A stretch of 64,000 bases of DNA from contig JAIVFI010000034.1 in the NCBI GenBank assembly GCA_025558095.1, positions 372,001 through 436,000 on the forward strand. Direction: 5' to 3'. Under the pieces are notes generated by a model. It did no database searches. It worked only from the letters and a program-made list of their open reading frames with translations, and had not been told where the DNA came from. Below are positions 53,547-64,000 of the stretch, in pieces; position 1 is the first letter of the stretch; every line of letters begins with the position of its first letter. The DNA comes from Hyaloraphidium curvatum SAG 235-1 (Eukaryota; Fungi; Monoblepharomycota). A program made the translations under genes and the position numbers.

Positions 53547-55869
53547 ATGGTGAAGGAAGAGGACATTAGACGGCGGCGCTCCACACGGACCACGCAGGCT
53601 TCCCAAGGGGATGCCACAGCTGCCCCGAGTGCCGCAGAGAACGGTGCCGCGCACGCAAACGGATTGCCGGCAGCCAACGGGCGCTCGAAAGCCCGATCGC
53701 GTGCCTCTGCTCCATCGTCAGACAAAAGTCGCGCATCGTCCCCCGTTGAGCTCATTGACGAGTTCCTCGGCGAGTCGAGGAAGCTTGATTTCGACGGCAC
53801 AATGAACGACGAATTACACAAACTGCCGCCCCTCCTCAAGCCCACGAGGAATGGATTTGAAATGGAAATGGTGGAGGAGGGCCAGCAGGACGTTGCGCTG
53901 GGGAGTGCAGGGGCGCAGGATGGATCCCGCCTCCTCGGCTCCGAGGGTCCCGCGACAGGGGCTGTATCGACCGAGGACTTGGGCAACTTCGTCATCCTTC
54001 TCCTGCTGTATTGCCTACAGGGCGTTCCACTTGGTTGGCACACAGTTCCGCGCGGAGGAGCCTCTGGACGCTGCTAATGTCGCCGCAGGTCTCACCTTTG
54101 GCAGCATACCCTTTCTGCTCAAGAGCCGCCTCTCGTATCACGAGCTCGCGGTCTTCTCTTTCGCATCATACCCCTATAGTCTGAAGGTAGGATCCGCGAT
54201 GCCAATGGCGGGCCTGTCCTAAATGCCCCGCAGCTGCTATGGTCGCCGATTGTGGATGCCTACTTCTTCAAAAGCATTGGCCGTCGAAAATCGTGGATCA
54301 TCCCAATCCAAGTCTGCATCGCTTTCCTTCTCGTTTTTTTGGGTACCAAGGTGGACGGGTACTTGCAAATGGTTGGTCCTGCACGCTACTGCGCGCTCTC
54401 GCCCACCTAATGATCGAACCCCACAGGAATCTGTTCCAGTCACGACCATCACGGCCGTGTTTCTGCTCCTGGTTTTCTTCTCTGCCACACAAGGTGAGCA
54501 TTGGTTCCCCGGCTTTGATGATTGAGCTAAAGCTTTTGTCACCAGACATTGCCGTTGATGGATGGGCCCTAACCCTTCTGTCGAAAGGTGGAAGCCAGTG
54601 CCGATGTGGACGTGCTCCTTCCTCACGCGATTGACACAGAGAACGTCACGTATGCCAGCACGGCGCAGACGATTGGCCTCAACTCCGGCTATTTCCTTTC
54701 CTTTACCGTCTTTCTCGCGCTAAACTCGCCCGAGTTTTGGTTCGTGCTTCGGCTCCTTCCATGGCCTCATTTGACCGCTTTCGCCCCTATCAGCAATAAG
54801 TACCTTCGCGCGGAGCCCAAGGATGTCGGCTACATCCAGCTCGGGTCCTACCTGCAGTTTTGGGGCGTCGCTTACCTTGTGGCGACGTTCCTCTTGGCTG
54901 GCAAAAGGGAACAGCTGGCCGAAGCCGTGGAAGATGTGCGCTCGGTCTACCAAACGATGTGGAAGATTTGCTCGTTGCCGAGTAAGTGCTCGCGGCGGTT
55001 GGCACGCTCAGCCTTGCTCATGTTCTGCAGACATGAAGACGCTGATCGCCGTGCTCCTGCTATCCAAAATCGGCTTCATCACGAACGAGGTCGTGACGGG
55101 GTTGAAGCTCCTTGAGCTGGGTTTCAGCCGCGAGGACCTCGCTCTCGCTGTTCTGTGCGATTTTCCGTTGGAGATTATCTTCGGATACTACGCGGCGCGC
55201 TGGAGTAGCGGCGATCGGCCATTAGTGCCGTGGCTCACGGCGTTTTACGGGCGGCTCTTCTGTGCGGCGCTAGGAATGGGCGTCATCTACATCTTCCCCG
55301 CTTCGGGAACAGTTGGCACGGTGGGAAGCTCGCTTTGTTTCTGGATGAACGTTTGCAAACGATGTGTCGCTGCCAGGGATACTTCACCTTGGTGATTGCG
55401 TCTACGGTGCTCACGTCGTTCATGAGCACGATACAGTTCGTCAGCATCGGCTGCTTCTTCGCGCGGATCAGCGATCCTTCCGTCGGCGGGACGTACATGA
55501 CACTGGTCGGTGGCGCGGCCCGTCCTGTTGGCACCGGTGGCTCATTTTCTACAGCTCAACACGCTGAGCAACCTGGGAGGAACGTGGCCCAAAGCCATTG
55601 TTCTCCAGCTCGTGGACTACTTTACCATCACAGCTTGCCGCCATCCGGCTCAGGGCGATGCTGCGAGCTCCTGCGCAAGCGATGCGTTGCGGGACGCGTG
55701 CAAGGCGGGCGGCGGGACGTGCAGCGTGATCCGAGACGGCTACTACATCGTCAATCTTTCTGGCCTATGTCTGGGTGCTGCGTTGTTCCTTTCTTTCATC
55801 AAGCCGCGGGTTCAGCAACTTGAGGTGCTGCCGACGAAATCGTGGCGGGTCAAAGAAATCAAGCATTGA
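53547..55869 (+). CDS. Acetyl-CoA transporter 1 (SLC33A1/AT-1 family, MFS)
   Basis: LLYCLQGVPLGL, YPYSLKLLWSPIVD, GRRKSWI, ATQDIAVDGWAL, DPSVGGTYMTLLNTLSNLGGTWP, RDGYY. Confidence 0.92.
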
Positions 55870-55937
55870 GAGGTCGGACTCCAGTGTATCGGAGCGAATT
55901 ACAACACGCCAAGGAATCGGCATCCGTAATCTAACGG

Positions 55938-60445
<4,508 letters not shown>

Positions 60446-60722
60446 GACTTCCGCGGGGCACGGGCGCGAACGCGCGCGCCCTGCTTCGCCGCGGAGACTA
60501 CTGACGCCGCGATGCAGCGCTGATCTGCGCGGCTAGCGCATCGGCCGCCGAGAAGGCTGCGTGCGGGGCGACGTGTTGAAAGCGGGCGCGGCGGCGGCCG
60601 ACGCAGCGACGCGCACCCGTGCACTTTCGCACCCCTCAAGAACTCCAACAGGAGAGATCTGGGGCGGCCGCCTCTATTTTTCCTTGGAAACTCTCCTTCC
60701 CTCTCCCGCGTCCGCGCCCGCG

Positions 60723-61933
60723 ATGACGGCGGAATGGGTGCGCACCGCGCCTGCGCAGTTCCGGGCCACTTCTGACGCCCTGCCACCCATAGATGAGGAA
60801 GCAGCTCGAGGAGCTCATGGGAGCCGAGGCTCTCGGTAAGCACGCCGTTTTCCGAAGGCTCCGGCGGCGATTGACTTCGCTTCCGCAGGCCGGGTGCCGG
60901 AGAACCTGACCTTCGAGGATCCCAAGGTCTGCCGGGACTTTCTGTGCGGCCTGTGCCCGCACGATCTCTTCGTGTGGGTTCTCCATTCGACGGCTGCCTT
61001 TCCGGCTTGCTCTGACGGCTTCGGCGCTCCGGCAGCAACACGAAATCCGAGATCGGGCCGTGTCCACGGCTCCACGGCGAGAAGTACAAGACGGCCTACG
61101 AGGAGGCGAAATCGTCCGGCAAACACCCTGGCTTCGAGCCGGAGCACCTTCGGAATCTGGAGCAGTTCATCTCCGAGTGCGACCGGAGGATCGCGAGCGC
61201 GCAGCGGAGGCTGGAGAAGACGTCGTCGGCGGAGGACCCCAAGATCATCGAGCTCATGAAGGGGCTGAACGACATCACGGATTCGATTTCGGCGCTGACT
61301 GTGGACATTGAGAAGCTCGGTGGGTGTCCCACGCCCCCGTTTCCTCTTTCTGGGCGCTGATTGGCCCCTAGGGGAGGAGGGCGAGATTGACGAGGCGTCC
61401 AAGCTCATGGAGGAAATCGAACGGCTGAAGCGCGAAAAGGACGAGAAAGAGCGGGACCTGCGGGCGATCAACAAGGGCTCCATCTCGCAGCAGCAGAAGC
61501 TGCGCGTCTGCGAGGTGTGCTCGGCGTACCTGTCCGTCTACGACTCGGATCGGCGGCTTGCGGATCATTTCGGTGGGGCTTTCGGCCCCTGGCTTTTGTT
61601 CGCGCAGTTTCTGACCCGGCTGCCACGACAGGCGGCAAAATGCACCTCGGCTACGTGCAGATCCGCGAGATCATCGAAAAGCTCAAGGAGCAGTATCCCA
61701 ACGCCTTGCTCGCCAGCAGCGCGTCGCGCGGGGGTGGGGGATACCCGCCACGCGGTGGAGGAGGAGGGGGCGGGCCCCCGCCTTACCGGGACAGGCGGTA
61801 CGACCCGTACCCTCCCCGCGGGCCGCCGCCGCGGAGGGACAGCAGGGACTACCGGGACGATCGGGGTGGCTACGATCGCGGCTACGGCGGGGGTTACGAG
61901 AGGCGGAGATCGCGGAGCCCAGGCAGGAGGTAA
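60723..61933 (+). CDS. LUC7: U1 snRNP-associated Luc7
   Basis: RKQLEELMG, VCRDFLCGLCPHDLF, QQKLRVCEVCSAYLS.YDSDRRLADHFGGKMHLGY, RS/RD tail. Confidence 0.95.
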
Positions 61934-62148
61934 GTTCGCGGCGGAACCCAAGGCGGGCTTGTCACGGTAAGGTCGGAGTCGATCAGCCGCTGATCCCGGC
62001 GCCATTCCTCTCCAGACGGTCTCGGAGTCCTCGGAGGTAACTGCGCCGCGCCGCGCCTCGTCGGATCCCTCTGAGACGGTCGGTCGGTTTGACCTTTGAT
62101 AACAACGTGATGCCAGCGGCATGCATGCGCAACGCTCAGACACGTGGA

Positions 62149-62527
62149 ATGTCGAATAGATCGTTCTATCCGGCTCTGAATCCTTCTGCGCGCGCTGCGG
62201 ACCCCGTGTGGAACCGTGCTCTGCCGGCCAAAGCCGAGCTGAAGGAGCTGGAGCGCGCCGAGCAGGCGTACAAGGAGACGGTGCGGCCGGGCCCCCCTGG
62301 TGCCTCTGCGCGCGCTGACGTCCCCGCAGCTGCTGGCGATTCGCGAGACGAAGCCCGAGAGGCCCATTATTGGCCTGCCGAAGCAGCAGGTGGTTGAGGA
62401 GGTGGGTCGCCGGCGCGCACGGGACGGCGGATCGCTGACGCGCCCCAAGCCCGAAGTCGAGGAATCGGAACCCGGTTCGGACGCCAGCGGCGACGGGGAC
62501 GCGATGGCGGACATGGTCGGCACCTGA
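62149..62527 (+). CDS. Small acidic protein resembling APC/C subunit 15
   Basis: FYPALNP...DPVW...ELKELERAEQAYKET|LLAI...PIIGLP plus an acidic tail follows the ANAPC15 pattern (FPSLFP..W..ELQQQEQ..PIGKP, acidic tail). Confidence 0.55.
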
Positions 62528-62934
62528 GGAGGGCGGCGTGGACGCGTTGGTTGGACATTGGGTGCCAGTTGGCAAGAGCACGTCGCCCCGCTCCTGCACG
62601 TCGGAGGCACCCGAGTTGCGGAGCCGTCAACATTGGGACACACAAGTCGAATCGGTTACCGCGGGGGGCGGTACCTCGGCTTTGGACCAGCGCGTGCTGG
62701 CACGAAATGCGCGGGTGGGCGGAAAGCCCGCTCCCATTTCATTCAAGGCTCCGGCAGTAGTGGAAAGCAGAAGCCTTGCGAGATCGCGTGCCTTGTTCTT
62801 CATTTCAACTGGGTTTTCTCCATGCCGATGTATTAAATAATTGAAACAGCGAGAATCGAAGCCAGTTCGCCGACGAGTTGACGTGCGCAGCATCGCAGCA
62901 GCAGCATCAGTCACTCTCTCCGCCCGCAACCGCG

Positions 62935-64000
62935 ATGGACGACTCGCGGAAGCGGCGGCGGTACGACGACGAATACGGCGATCGGCGGCGGGACGATCGC
63001 CGGCGTTCGCGGTCGCGGTCGACGTCGCCGCACCGCAAGCGGCGGGACGAGAAACGGGACGAGCGGCGGGAGGAGCGCCCCCGCGAGGAGCGGCCGCGCG
63101 AGGAGCGGCCGCGCGAGGAGCGGCCGCGCGAGGAGCCGCGCGACGATGCGCGGCCGAACGGCCACGCCGCGAACGGCGGCGGTCCGCCGCGGGCGCCCGA
63201 CGGGGCGGAGCGCGCCGCCGAGGACGACGTGAAGAAGCAGCGGCTGGCGAAGCTCGAGCTGTGGCGGCGCCAGCAGGCCGCGAAGGCGGGCGGCAACTCG
63301 CCGGCGGACCGCGAGGCGTCGCCGCAGCCGCAGCCGTCGCCGCGGAAGGAGCTGGCGCCCCTGGCGCGCCCGTCGCCGCCGCCGCTGGCCCGCCCGGCAG
63401 CCCTCAACGGGCCGGCGAAGTCCGGCCCGGCAAAGTTCGCGCCGACGAACCGGAGCAAGCTGGGCTTCGACGACGACGACGACGAGGAGGGCGCCGCCGT
63501 GGTGCGGCGCGGGCCGAAGCTGAAGAGCATCGAGGAGCTGATGCGGGGCGACGCAAAGGACGATGCGCCCGCAAAGCCCGAGCCATCGCCCGCAAACGGC
63601 GCGGGGCCGAACGGCAGGCAGTCGGACCCCATGGACGTGGACGGCCCGGTCGAGGAGGACCCGCTGGACGCCTTCATGGTCGACGTGTCGGCCGAGATGA
63701 AGAAGCTCGTTCAGGACGGCTCCGGCCCGGCGAGGCCGCAGGACACGCTTCTGGAGGAGGACGAGGGCGCTGTCGGGGAGGCCGTGCTCAAGATCGACGA
63801 GGACGACGAGGACAATCCAGCTGGGGACAATGAGGAGGACATCCTTGCGTGGGTTTCGCTTAATCCGTCTGGCCTTGTCCGCAACGCTGACTGCAATCCC
63901 GCCGCCATCAGGCTCGCGGCGAAAGCCAAGCTCGCAAAGAAGAAGGACCTCGCCGTCGTCGACCACGCTTCGCAAAAGTACGAGCCTTTCCGGAAGGACT
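62935..64000 (+). CDS. PRP5: DEAD-box splicing helicase Prp5/DDX46, N-terminal part (runs off the window)
   Basis: RS/RE-rich N-terminus, RLAKLELWRRQQ, EEDPLDAFM, KKKDLAVVDH...YEPFRKD. Confidence 0.88.
   Translation, partial: MDDSRKRRRYDDEYGDRRRDDRRRSRSRSTSPHRKRRDEKRDERREERPREERPREERPREERPREEPRDDARPNGHAANGGGPPRAPDGAERAAEDDVKKQRLAKLELWRRQQAAKAGGNSPADREASPQPQPSPRKELAPLARPSPPPLARPAALNGPAKSGPAKFAPTNRSKLGFDDDDDEEGAAVVRRGPKLKSIEELMRGDAKDDAPAKPEPSPANGAGPNGRQSDPMDVDGPVEEDPLDAFMVDVSAEMKKLVQDGSGPARPQDTLLEEDEGAVGEAVLKIDEDDEDNPAGDNEEDILAWVSLNPSGLVRNADCNPAAIRLAAKAKLAKKKDLAVVDHASQKYEPFRKD
63071..63138 (+). repeat. Coding 15 bp tandem repeat (EERPR) x about 4 in PRP5
   Basis: gaggagcggccgcgc units. Confidence 0.9.

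Overview
Compact, GC-rich, intron-dense eukaryotic DNA, most consistent with an early-diverging (chytrid/monoblepharid-like) fungus: it has fungal-type UGO1, NUXM and Vid24/Gid4 genes next to an axonemal dynein chain. Two gene-dense arms (1-13.3 kb and 30.5-64 kb) carry about 22 housekeeping genes with mostly 50-65 nt introns and very short intergenic gaps. Between them is a ~17 kb accessory island (13.6-30.4 kb). It holds at least four pieces of one non-LTR retrotransposon family nested in each other, a 5.5 kb Helentron/Helitron2 with recognisable ends inserted into one of them, a frameshifted gene whose C-terminus resembles HhH-fold DNA base-modifying enzymes, an ABCG fragment, two tRNA-Ala(AGC) copies, a telomere-like seed and a tRNA-derived 151-152 bp tandem repeat. 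Notable items in the arms are a KDM5 paralogue lacking two JmjC iron ligands, a HutD-AstE/AspA fusion, six GC-AG introns and a long structured ATP7 intron. Gene models were spliced by eye against remembered family sequences; CDS coordinates span introns and no searches were run.
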